Source: Candidatus Cloacimonadales bacterium
Lineage (GTDB): Bacteria > Cloacimonadota > Cloacimonadia > Cloacimonadales > JAIOQZ01
Assembly (NCBI GenBank): GCA_963674825.1
Contig: OY771587.1
Coordinates: forward strand, 1,696,001-1,760,000
Length of the DNA: 64,000 nt
Direction of reading: 5' to 3'
In this document: positions 8,902-18,900 of the stretch, piece after piece
Layout of the letters: each line of letters opens with the position of its first letter
How positions within the stretch are numbered: the stretch's first letter is position 1
Program-made: the position numbers and the translations under genes
The notes under the pieces: generated by a model
Database searches by the model: none
What the model saw: the letters and a program-made list of their open reading frames with translations, nothing else
Told to the model about the DNA's origin: nothing

Positions 8902-9951
8902 CTACTGGGCCATTTCCTTTTTGGGTGTCTTCAGCCCCGTCTCGAGCTTGTTTCGCACTTCTCGCTTTACCCGGGCTGCAAGCTTCATATCGTGATCCTT
9001 CAGGAACTTCTCCACAGCAGGGCGATCGTATTTGATCATCTTTCTGAGTACCCACGACAGCGCTTTGACGATCATGTCCTCATGATCCTCGACCATCATC
9101 TTACTGAATCGAAGCATCCGCTTAACATCACCATTGAGGTATATTGTACTCACCAATGCTACACGTCTGCGCCAGAAATCGCTCGACTTCGCCCAAGTCA
9201 GAAGCATCGAATCGGGGATTCGACGGTTCAGCCATGCCGGACCTACGATGTACTGAGCGTAGGTATCTGCAGCAGCCCAGTCGTCTATTCCTTTACCAAG
9301 GCGTTCAACCAGGCCGGGCTCGATTGTCTTCATCGAACTTTTATGATGGTGAATCAGCTCGTAGGCAAAGTTCCGTAGATTGTATTCGAACAGCAAGATG
9401 GCACCAAGGCTCGATAGCTTTTCCGCCGGTACATCCTTCCATATTTTCGTGTAATACTTGCGTATCTCACGTATGCTTTGCATATAACCGTCACTGAGAA
9501 GTTCCAAGTGTCGGGCGATTGTTCCTGCCTGGATTTTAGGTTCAAAGCTAACTTCCAGCTTCTTCAGCTTGAAGCGATCGCGATTTTCCGGGGTATCGTA
9601 GTAGAGATGCCAATGCTTGACTTTATTGCCTTCGACTTCGCAAAACCATATCAGAGATTGCTTGAACTCGCGATCTTCGGGAATACCTGTATGAGAGCCG
9701 GTCGTTCTGCCAATAATGATTACCTGATCACCGTTATGATAGATTTCCGAGACATAAATATGATATGCTGGCCAGTGCTCCATGTAGAATTTCCACCAAC
9801 TGACTAATGTATCATGCCGGTAAATTTCTTCGAGATCGATATCGACGAAGAGATGGTCGTCGGTCATCATTCGAGTAATTGTATCAAGATTATTTTCGTT
9901 GATTGCGGTGATGTAATCGAGAGCCGTTCGTACTGGTTTCGTGACTTTCAT
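8902..9951 (-). CDS. SnoaL/NTF2-like domain fused to an AlkD-like DNA alkylation repair (HEAT-like) domain
   Basis: N-terminal NTF2-like ~125 aa; C-terminal DDWAAAD, W.KS.DFWRRR and MIVKALSWVLR motifs. Confidence 0.75.
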   Translation of the reverse strand: MKVTKPVRTALDYITAINENNLDTITRMMTDDHLFVDIDLEEIYRHDTLVSWWKFYMEHWPAYHIYVSEIYHNGDQVIIIGRTTGSHTGIPEDREFKQSLIWFCEVEGNKVKHWHLYYDTPENRDRFKLKKLEVSFEPKIQAGTIARHLELLSDGYMQSIREIRKYYTKIWKDVPAEKLSSLGAILLFEYNLRNFAYELIHHHKSSMKTIEPGLVERLGKGIDDWAAADTYAQYIVGPAWLNRRIPDSMLLTWAKSSDFWRRRVALVSTIYLNGDVKRMLRFSKMMVEDHEDMIVKALSWVLRKMIKYDRPAVEKFLKDHDMKLAARVKREVRNKLETGLKTPKKEMAQ

Positions 9952-10050
9952 TCAGGTTTCCTTGCTGGAGTTTGTGACTAACACCCTTATCTTAAAGACA
10001 TGATACACTGTTTCTGGAATAAGTCAAGGGAAAGATTATTGTATCTTACG

Positions 10051-10090
10051 AAAAGAAACGTTGCGGCTATATATAAAGACAGCCGCAAGT
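10051..10090 (-). terminator. Intrinsic terminator
   Basis: TTGCGGCT/AGCCGCAA stem followed by a T-rich tract on the minus strand, after the YCF48-like gene. Confidence 0.55.
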
Positions 10091-10127
10091 TATGCCTTAA
10101 TAATGATTCATGTTCATCGCATCATTG

Positions 10128-11201
10128 TCAGTTATTTGCGCCGATGAAATGGATGTCCCAGAGACCGCCTTCGGTGCCGTAGCTCACCTGATTCCAGTTG
10201 GTACCGCCGTCGGTTGTATGCAGCATGATTCCTGTGCAGGGAGGAAACTGCTCCATGCCGCAGATCCAGGCGTCATTTTCATTGAATGCGCAGATTCGCA
10301 GCATGTAGTATCCCGAAGCATCGGAAACCTGCGACGTCCAGTTCTCGCCGTTATCGGTGGTTTTATTGATGTTGCCGTAATCGGATACGATCCAGACAGT
10401 GTTTTCATCTACTACTACGACGCCGTTTACATCGAAGATCACTTCACCGAATGGGCATTTTCGCTCCCAGGTTGTTCCACCGTCGATGGTCCGAAGAGAT
10501 GTCGCGTGACCAGCGATCCATGCGACATCTGCATTGAGGACGCTCATGGAGATGAGGTAATCTTCACTCACCATCGTCGTGTCGCTTTCGCAGACCCAGC
10601 TTGAACCGCCGTTGGTTGAGTGCAGGATCATGCCGTCGCCACTCGCAGTTGCTCCGCAGATCCAGATGTTGTCGTAATCGACTGCGACGATATCGCTGAG
10701 AATGCACATGCTGTAGTCCGGGTCAGAGCGATCATTCCAGGTCTCGCCGCCATCGTTGGAGACGAGTATGGTGCCTTCACTGCCTGCGACCCAAAGGGTG
10801 CTGTAGTCGAGTGGGCTTACTGCGCTGAGCTCGACATCAGGAAGCGCTCTGGAAGCACCGAGGTTGGTCCAGGAAGTACCGCCGTCAGTTGTCTTGAGGA
10901 TAACGGCGTGGCCATCCGCATTGCCGCCGACGACCCACACGTTCAGGGTGTCGATAGCCCGTACTTGATGTAGCGAGACATTCGGAATGGAGAGAGAATC
11001 CCCCTGACGAATCCATGTATCACCGCCATCGGTGGTGTGGACAATCGTGCCGTAGCCGTCAGTTTGGTCGCCCACGGCCCAGCCGTACAGGGTCGGATCG
11101 AAGTTTTCAGCGCCGTCATCGTTGCCGGTCGAGCTGTCGGAGCAAGATACGATCATTGCGATCAAAGCGAAAAAGAGTAGTGCTGATATGGTTGTTTTCA
11201 T
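10128..11201 (-). CDS. YCF48-like / BNR (Asp-box) repeat beta-propeller lipoprotein
   Basis: Lipobox IVSC and repeated T.DGG..W boxes. Confidence 0.85.
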   Translation of the reverse strand: MKTTISALLFFALIAMIVSCSDSSTGNDDGAENFDPTLYGWAVGDQTDGYGTIVHTTDGGDTWIRQGDSLSIPNVSLHQVRAIDTLNVWVVGGNADGHAVILKTTDGGTSWTNLGASRALPDVELSAVSPLDYSTLWVAGSEGTILVSNDGGETWNDRSDPDYSMCILSDIVAVDYDNIWICGATASGDGMILHSTNGGSSWVCESDTTMVSEDYLISMSVLNADVAWIAGHATSLRTIDGGTTWERKCPFGEVIFDVNGVVVVDENTVWIVSDYGNINKTTDNGENWTSQVSDASGYYMLRICAFNENDAWICGMEQFPPCTGIMLHTTDGGTNWNQVSYGTEGGLWDIHFIGANN

Positions 11202-11406
11202 AGATATCCCCCTCGTAATCCGGTTTTTTGCACCTGGTTTCAATGGAAATCGATATTCGCGCAGAAGCTATCTCATATAAAAAATATGGTCGAATCATAC
11301 CGAACGGGTAGTGAAAAATTAAACCTTGCCAAGCAATTGCCATTGGATAGTATTTGGCAAAGGGCAACTGTCCTTATACGTAAATAATAGTGTTTTATGG
11401 AGGTAG

Positions 11407-14298
11407 GTGATGCACAGAAAATTGCTGTTCTTTTTATTCATACTGATTTTCACCGCTACATTGTTCGCACGTCCAGCTTACGATATGAGTATGTATCGCA
11501 GTGTTCTGGATGATATACATTCCCGTGCCGATTCCGCGCACGGATTCGACGTCCTCTCATACGACGTAACAATCGATATCGATCAGCAGGAAGAGTACAT
11601 TGAAGGCATCGTCCTGGCTACGATCGACGCCGAAGAAAACCTTACCCAGATTACTTTCGAGCTGGAAGAGCTTACAGTCGATGAAGTGCTGGTCAACGGC
11701 GAAAGCACGACGTTTACCCATGATAACGGCGAAATCGATATTGCATTGACCGACATCGAGTCCGGCGACGAATTCGTGGTGCAAGTAAGCTATTACGGCT
11801 ATCCGCAGCTCAGTAACGATGTTTATCACATCGGTATGATCTTCAGTGGTTCCTATGTGTTCACGCTGTCCGACCCCAGCGGTTTGCGCTGGTGGATGCC
11901 ATCGTACGATCATCCGTGGGAAAAGGCAGAATACGATTTTCATATCACCATGCGTGATGATTGGCTGGTTGCCTGTAACGGCATTCGTACCAGTATCGAA
12001 GACAACGGTGATGGTACTCGCACCCATAACTGGGACGGCTCCTCACCTATGGCGGGGCATCTGGCTTGCATTACTGCCGCTAATTACCAGGAACTCAATG
12101 ACAACTATGGCGATCTTCCCATCCAGAACTTCGCCACCGCTTCTCTGTACGACGAAGCCGAAGAGGATTTCTCCAACCTGCCTTACATGATCGAGGTTTA
12201 CGAGAGTGTTTACGGAGAATATCCTTTCGAAAAATATGGCAACACCATCGTTCCCATGCAGACTTTCGGCGCTATGGAACATCAGACTATGACTACAATG
12301 GGAAGCAGCTTCATCGACGGAAACCACGGCGGCGAAATCACGATCGCACATGAGCTTTCCCATCAGTGGTTCGGAAACTGCGTCACACCGCTTACCTTCG
12401 ATCACGTGTGGCTCTCCGAAGGTTTTGCAGTCCTCTCGGAAGCGATCTACATGGAACACTGGCAGGGTTTCGACGCGATGGTTAATTATGTGGATACCAG
12501 CATCCATGGATACTATATCAACTGGGCCAATTCCAACGGTGCGCGCACCATCTATGCGCCTCCTTACAACGAAACCTTCTCACCGCCGGTCTATGAAAAG
12601 GCCGCGTCCGTGCTGCATATGCTCAGATTGATCATGGGTGACGACGCCTTCTTCACGGCTGTTCAGACCTATTTCCAGACCTATCACAACGGCTGGGCAG
12701 TCACTGATGAGCTGCGCGCGATAATGGAAAGCGAATCTGGCCTTGATCTTGGTCAATTCTTCGAGCAGTGGATTTACTCCCCAGGACTCCCTTCAACCGA
12801 GTACGCGCTTTTCTTCGCAGGGATCGGCTCCTACAGTCCGCAGATGCTTTCCGTTGTGGAAACGACATCCAATACCGACACCGATTTTCATATACAGATA
12901 CCCATCCATGTGCAGTGGGAAGAGCATTACGACTCGCTGCTGGTCAATGCGAATCCCGGCACACCGGCTATTCAGGTCAGCGACTTGACCGGCATTGGCG
13001 ATTTCGAAGCGCAGATGGACCCGCATCACTGGGTGATCACCCGTAGCAACACCGCACATGAAATGAACCTTATCGACGCCTCCGCCACCGATGGCGAGGT
13101 GATCGTCTTTTGGGAAGCGTTCTGGGAAGATGCGCAGGTCGATGGTTACAACATCTATCGTTCCGATCAACCCGACGAGGGTTTCGTGCTGCTCAATGAC
13201 GAGCCCGTTTCTGGTGTGACTTATGCCGATGATGCCGTAAACAACGGACAGACATACTACTACTACGTAACCGCGGTAAAAGACGGATTCGAGTCGCTTT
13301 CTTCCGATTCGATGGAAGCTACTCCGATCGATTTCCCCATGGATCAGGGTGTACTGGTCGTGGATGAGACACGCAATGGCTCCGGTACTGTTGGGAATCC
13401 TGACGATTACCAGGTCGATTCCTTCTACAACACCGTGATCAACAACAATTTCACCACCCACGATCTCGATTCCGACGGCGATCTCCAGATCATCGAGATA
13501 CGCAATTATTCGACTATCATCTGGCACGACGACGATGTGACTGAGCAGAATATCGGTGATTACGAAGGTGTTCTAACCAGCTATCTACTGGCGGGTGGCA
13601 ATCTTGTAATAAGCGGATGGAAAACGGCTTCCGAGCTTTCGGAATCGTTCTGTGAGACCTTCCTTGGTACGTCGGATATCACGTTTTCATCTACTTCAGA
13701 TTTCTCCAGTGCAGTATCAGGCAATTACCCCGGCTTGAATGTCGATGAAGACAAGGTGCTTTCCGTCTGGAACGGTATGCTGCCATATGTGAGTGTGTTC
13801 GGAAACAATGAAGCTGCGATATACAGCTTCCACAGCGATATCAACAGCAACCAGGAAGGGCTGCCCTGCGCGATCAAGTTGCAACCAAACGGCACCGTCT
13901 ATTTCCTCGGTTTTCCGCTTTATTACATGCTGCAAGAACAGGCCGAACTGCTCTGTAATCAGATACTGACAGAACTAGGCGAGACGGTTAGCATTGAGCC
14001 GGAACTACCGCAGCAGCCGATGATTCAGTTGTCGGTGTTCCCCAATCCTGCTCAGGCGACAGATGGACTCTCCATCAGCTTCTCTCTACCGCAACAGGAA
14101 AAGATCGATGCCGCGATTTACAACATTCGCGGACAGTTGGTTGCGAAAGTATCGTCAGGTGTCTTCACGGAAGGCATCCACAGCCTCTATTGGGATGGTA
14201 TGGACGATCAGCACCGGCTGGTTTCCAGCGGTGTTTATTTCCTGAGACTGGAGACTCCAAGCCAGAGTATGACGCGCAAGGTGTTGATTCTTCGCTAA
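11407..14298 (+). CDS. Secreted M1-family aminopeptidase with FN3-like domain and FlgD-Ig/T9SS-like C-terminal domain
   Basis: Signal peptide, GAMEH, HELSHQWFG-x-EG, VYEK, YNIYRS...YYYYVTAV and a PNP...YNIRGQ tail. Confidence 0.9.
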   Translation: MMHRKLLFFLFILIFTATLFARPAYDMSMYRSVLDDIHSRADSAHGFDVLSYDVTIDIDQQEEYIEGIVLATIDAEENLTQITFELEELTVDEVLVNGESTTFTHDNGEIDIALTDIESGDEFVVQVSYYGYPQLSNDVYHIGMIFSGSYVFTLSDPSGLRWWMPSYDHPWEKAEYDFHITMRDDWLVACNGIRTSIEDNGDGTRTHNWDGSSPMAGHLACITAANYQELNDNYGDLPIQNFATASLYDEAEEDFSNLPYMIEVYESVYGEYPFEKYGNTIVPMQTFGAMEHQTMTTMGSSFIDGNHGGEITIAHELSHQWFGNCVTPLTFDHVWLSEGFAVLSEAIYMEHWQGFDAMVNYVDTSIHGYYINWANSNGARTIYAPPYNETFSPPVYEKAASVLHMLRLIMGDDAFFTAVQTYFQTYHNGWAVTDELRAIMESESGLDLGQFFEQWIYSPGLPSTEYALFFAGIGSYSPQMLSVVETTSNTDTDFHIQIPIHVQWEEHYDSLLVNANPGTPAIQVSDLTGIGDFEAQMDPHHWVITRSNTAHEMNLIDASATDGEVIVFWEAFWEDAQVDGYNIYRSDQPDEGFVLLNDEPVSGVTYADDAVNNGQTYYYYVTAVKDGFESLSSDSMEATPIDFPMDQGVLVVDETRNGSGTVGNPDDYQVDSFYNTVINNNFTTHDLDSDGDLQIIEIRNYSTIIWHDDDVTEQNIGDYEGVLTSYLLAGGNLVISGWKTASELSESFCETFLGTSDITFSSTSDFSSAVSGNYPGLNVDEDKVLSVWNGMLPYVSVFGNNEAAIYSFHSDINSNQEGLPCAIKLQPNGTVYFLGFPLYYMLQEQAELLCNQILTELGETVSIEPELPQQPMIQLSVFPNPAQATDGLSISFSLPQQEKIDAAIYNIRGQLVAKVSSGVFTEGIHSLYWDGMDDQHRLVSSGVYFLRLETPSQSMTRKVLILR

Positions 14299-14301
14299 TC
14301 G

Positions 14302-14979
14302 ATGCGCAAACTCATCTTTCTGGGCTTCCTGGTACTCACAGTCGCGCTCAACAGCGCTGATCTGGTCGGGTTCGAGATGCTCAAGCTGGAAAAGCACGGG
14401 CTACAGGATCACTATTCGGCGCCTGAAGATATTTCATGGCAATACATTACACTTATAACAGATTTGAGTGATTTATACCGCGAGGATGTCGAGAATCCGC
14501 GCCACGCTTTTTTCAATCGATTCTGTGAAGTGCTTAAACCCCGCTACGCCACTGGCCGTCGAGCAGATTTGCTATCGCGTGATCTGGTGGATGGTCAGTA
14601 CGATTGCAGTACGCTTTCGACCATGTTTCTCGACGCGCTTTTCATGGCTTCGGGTAAGTTGCTGGAATTTGCGGTTACCGAGCACCATGTGCTGCTCACC
14701 GATGGCGAATACGATTACGACCCGATGAGGCGTAAGATAACACCGGTTTCCGGGCGAACGGAAGAGGTTCAGGTGGGTGTCGATCCATTGAGCCTTACCT
14801 GCCGCACGATTGCACTGTTGTACATCGAACTGGCCGGGATGCCATCGAACGCGTCCCATCGCGGTGCGTTTCTTACAGTCGCGCAGAGCTGGTTTGAAGC
14901 AGGTTTGAACTACGATACGCCGGATTTTATGATCCAGCGCGAATACGATGATTTTCTGGCCGAACAGGCAAAGGAGTGA
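14302..14979 (+). CDS. Secreted protein, possibly transglutaminase-like (Cys-His-Asp)
   Basis: Signal peptide; GQYDC...EHHV...YDP spacing resembles a transglutaminase-like triad. Confidence 0.5.
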   Translation: MRKLIFLGFLVLTVALNSADLVGFEMLKLEKHGLQDHYSAPEDISWQYITLITDLSDLYREDVENPRHAFFNRFCEVLKPRYATGRRADLLSRDLVDGQYDCSTLSTMFLDALFMASGKLLEFAVTEHHVLLTDGEYDYDPMRRKITPVSGRTEEVQVGVDPLSLTCRTIALLYIELAGMPSNASHRGAFLTVAQSWFEAGLNYDTPDFMIQREYDDFLAEQAKE

Positions 14980-14981
14980 CC

Positions 14982-15923
14982 ATGCGAAGACTTTCCATAC
15001 TTGTTCTCATACTTGCACTTTTCATATGCGCAGCGGAACACAAAGAGTACAAGCTTGGCACCGGTAGCGAGACCGGTGTATATTTTCAGCTTGGCAAGGG
15101 GCTTGCTGGCCTGTCGTCGAATGTGGTGATCAAACCGGTCATCTCTGAGGGTTCCGTGGAAAATATCAACATGGTGCTCAAGGGTGAGTTCGGATTCGGG
15201 ATTGCCCAGTCGGATCGGCAATATCAGGCATACTACGGGTTTGAGGATTGGCAGGAAGCCGGAGAACAGAAATCACTGCGATCCATTTGCTCCTTCTATC
15301 CGGAGACAGTCACGCTGATGGCATCGGAAGCAAGTGGAATTGTATCGGTCTATGACCTCAAGGACAAACGCATCAGCCTTGGCGAAAAAGGTTCAGGCCA
15401 GCATCAAAACGCGCTCGATGTGCTGAGCATCATCGGTTGCGACCTCTCGGATATCCAGCCGCGATTCCTCAGTCCGCAGGAAGCGAGTAAAGCGCTTGAG
15501 GATGGGAAGATTGACGCATTTTTTTATACCATTGGCCACCCGAATAACCTTGTGCAGCAGATAACTGAAAGCAAGACGAAGATGCGGTTTATCCCCATCG
15601 TGGGTTACGACGCCGAAAAGCTGCTGATGGATTATCCTTATTACTCGGAAGCGGATATTCCCGCCGGTTTGTATCCTGAAGCGCTCAATAAAGAAAGCGT
15701 GCAAAGCATTGGTGTTCGTGCTACGCTGGTGACTTCGGCGGATGTTCCGAATGAGGTTGTGAAGCAGTTTACCAAAAGCATTTTCGAGAACTTCGATCAG
15801 CTCAAGAAAATCCACCCGGCACTGCAAGATCTTACGAAAGAGGAGATGTTTCAAGCGCTTTCAGCACCGATGCACGATGGAGCGATGGAGTATTATCGCG
15901 AAGTTGATCTCAAACTGGAATAG
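14982..15923 (+). CDS. TAXI-family TRAP transporter solute-binding protein
   Basis: GTGSETGVY, GSVENI, AQSD, GEKGSG and P.H.GA..YY motifs. Confidence 0.92.
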   Translation: MRRLSILVLILALFICAAEHKEYKLGTGSETGVYFQLGKGLAGLSSNVVIKPVISEGSVENINMVLKGEFGFGIAQSDRQYQAYYGFEDWQEAGEQKSLRSICSFYPETVTLMASEASGIVSVYDLKDKRISLGEKGSGQHQNALDVLSIIGCDLSDIQPRFLSPQEASKALEDGKIDAFFYTIGHPNNLVQQITESKTKMRFIPIVGYDAEKLLMDYPYYSEADIPAGLYPEALNKESVQSIGVRATLVTSADVPNEVVKQFTKSIFENFDQLKKIHPALQDLTKEEMFQALSAPMHDGAMEYYREVDLKLE

Positions 15924-15924
15924 A

Positions 15925-18900
15925 CTATAACTTCTTTTCGATCAGGTAATTCAATACAGACGAGATTGCCTTGGACATCTCGGCAGACAGCCCATCCATT
16001 TCCTTCAGGATCGCTTTGCACTTCTTGATATCGGCAAGATTCAGTGTCAACGGGTCCAGCGAATACTGATTCACGAAGAACAGGAGGAAGTAGCGCGCAC
16101 GTTCGAAATCGATGAGACGTATCAGGATCGGCAGGCAACTGCTGCAACGCTTGTGGAACATTGAGTAGATCATCAGATCGACGAGATTGCGGTAATCGGT
16201 TGTGGCAACGATCTGCTCAAATATCTTCAGCCATTTTGGATCGTTCGACTTGACTGATGCGAACACGATAGCGCGAATGATGTCCTCATCCTTGGACTTC
16301 AATGCCTGCTCAAGGATATCCCAATCGCTTTGAGTCATGTTGTCTTCGGTGCATTTCAGAATCGATTCGATAAGCTTTTCGCGTGAGACGAGCCTGTCTT
16401 TTTTTGCCTGCGTTTCGCCCTTGGCTTCCATGATCTTCTCAACATCCATGCTACCTATCAGCTTTTCGGAGAGCTGCATATCCAGATCGTTTCGCTTGTC
16501 TTCCAGTTCATCCTCGTTCATGATGATCTTTTCGGAGAAATCACGCAATGGAATGGTTTCAAAGCGTTCGTATGGATCAGCAAAGTGATGCAGGGTCTTT
16601 TTATACCAGTTTTCGGAGAGACGCCAGTCCGTGGTTTCAAAGAGCGATCTGAACAACTCATAAGAATCGACAGGTTGAAGCTCAATGCCCTTATTAACCT
16701 TCTGAAGCGCGATGTCGGCAGAGACTCGTACGTATTCATCGCCATCTTTGGAGATTACCTGAAGCATGCGCAGCGATTCGTCGGAGTATATGTCGCCGAG
16801 TGCCTTGGAGAGGGCAATCTTGGTTTTGGATGAGGAGCTCATAACATATTTCTGGAGGATGGGAATGCTTTCACGGAGTTGCATGGTCCCAATCGCCTTG
16901 ATTACTTCCGATTGGATCGATTCGTTCGGATTCGCGAGTTGCTTCTCCAGCATCTTCAGCGCTTTTGTGCTTTTTACACGTGCGATTGCCTGAATGGGCG
17001 CTTTCATGGCGTGGGCTTTCGTCTCTTCCATCAGTTCGGCGAACATATCCCAGCCCGATTCGTCACCCTGCATGATCAGTGCATAGGCAAATTCTGACTT
17101 GATCTCAGGTGTGAGTGTAGCTTTGTTGCGATGAATGAATTCGATGATCCGGGCATGGCGAAGCTTGCCCAATACTCTTGCGATCGGGACTTTGGAGACC
17201 CAGTCCGCTTTGCGCCAGAGCATATTGATAAGCTGTAATGCCCGTTCGATGCTGTAATCAGAGAGCAGGCTCAAGAGGTCGTCCAGGATATCCAGGTCCT
17301 GTAAAAGAGCGATTTTACGGACAACGGCGAGACCAAGTTCGCTGGGATATACTTTGAGCGCATCAATAATTCTTTTATGGGCATATTGATCGAGGTTGAG
17401 TATCTCGCTTTCGATTTTCTGCAGGAAATTCATCCTTCCATTTTGAGCGAAGACCAGCGCTGCGATGGTTTTGCAGGCATAATCGTCACTCTTGTATAGC
17501 TCGTTCATGTATTTAGTGATGTTGCTGGATGGGATATGAGCAAGCAACTGCGCGAGCATGAATTTCATCTCGGCGTTACCGGTCTTGAGTAAGCGCTCGA
17601 CCGTTTCCCAGCCTTCATCTTCGCTGTACTGGAGGAGCTTTCCGGTAGCCAGTGTGGCGATAATCGGTGTTTGATCGAAACTAAATTCCCGCAGAACGGA
17701 GAGGTTTTCGCCTGTGCTAAGCTGCAGGAAACATAAGCGTGCATAATCACGGACGTTGTTCTGGCTGAAATCGGTGTAGAACTCGAGGGTCTGCCAGCCG
17801 TTAGGATCTCCCATAAGGATCATGGATTTTGCAGATTCCACTTCGAGGATAGGTCTCCGTTCGGTGTTGAGGCTTTTCAGGAACGAAAGCGATAGTGGAT
17901 GATAAATACTTGGTAATGCACGAATCACAGCGAAATATTCTTCGGAACCGCCTTCGCGGAGCAGTTCGGCGAGTAGCGGGAGTACTTTTACTGTGTGCAA
18001 TTGGCTGAGGGCCTGAGCGATATAGGGGCGATTCTTGTAATAGGCTGCCGGGATCAGGCGCGCAAGATAGTCCACCGCGGTATCCAGCGGAAGCAGGGTG
18101 ATGGTCTTGATGGCTTCCTGGCATACTTCGAGGTTTTCGTCCTGTGCGAGCTTCATGATCAGGTCTTCATCGACATTCTCGGACATGATCTTGAGCGAGG
18201 TCGCGATCTGCTTACGAACCATATAATTGGATGACTGTGCGAGGTCGTTCAATAGTTTTCCGACCGTCTCATTTTCAAGATTCTTCAATGCGATCGCAGC
18301 GTTCACGGCGATGTTGTAGTCATCATCTTTCACGAATTCGAGCAGCATGTTCTCATACTGCTGAAGCTTGAGCATACCGATGAAGCGGCAGAGGCGAACT
18401 TTGCCGTTCATGGTCGCTACGGAACTGTATTTCTCCAGATTGGGCAGGTTTCTCAGGATAGCGTCATGGACGTCGGGATGCAGTTCGGTGCTGGAAGTTA
18501 GAGTCTCGAAATACATGTTGGATATGATGTTGAATTTATCATCCGAGATCAAGCCTTCTTTCTCGGCCATCTCGTTCTTGACGAGCTCTTCCATCTCCTT
18601 CTGCGTGTTGATTCGTCTCTTCAATTCGAGGTAGTTCTGCTCAATATCGAGTATTGTACGCTGTGGGTCGTTGACAACCCGGCGATTCATAAGCTTAGCG
18701 AAGAAGGCGAAGTTCTCCTCTCCGCCTACCAGCAGGAGTGGTTTGAGTAAATTGGAGATTGGGAACGAATCAAGATGCAGATTATCCAGGATTTCTTTCT
18801 GGATGGGCTTGCAACTTTCGATAAGCTTCTGCCGTATATTTTCCTGCGGGATAATTTCGTTGAGTCTGTAACCGTATTTCGATGTGAGGTAGTAGGAAAC

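Noticed and set aside
11323..11362. TTGCCAA...TTGGCAA dyad between divergent genes
   Set aside because: Single short occurrence; cannot separate an operator from chance or weak sigma54-like boxes.
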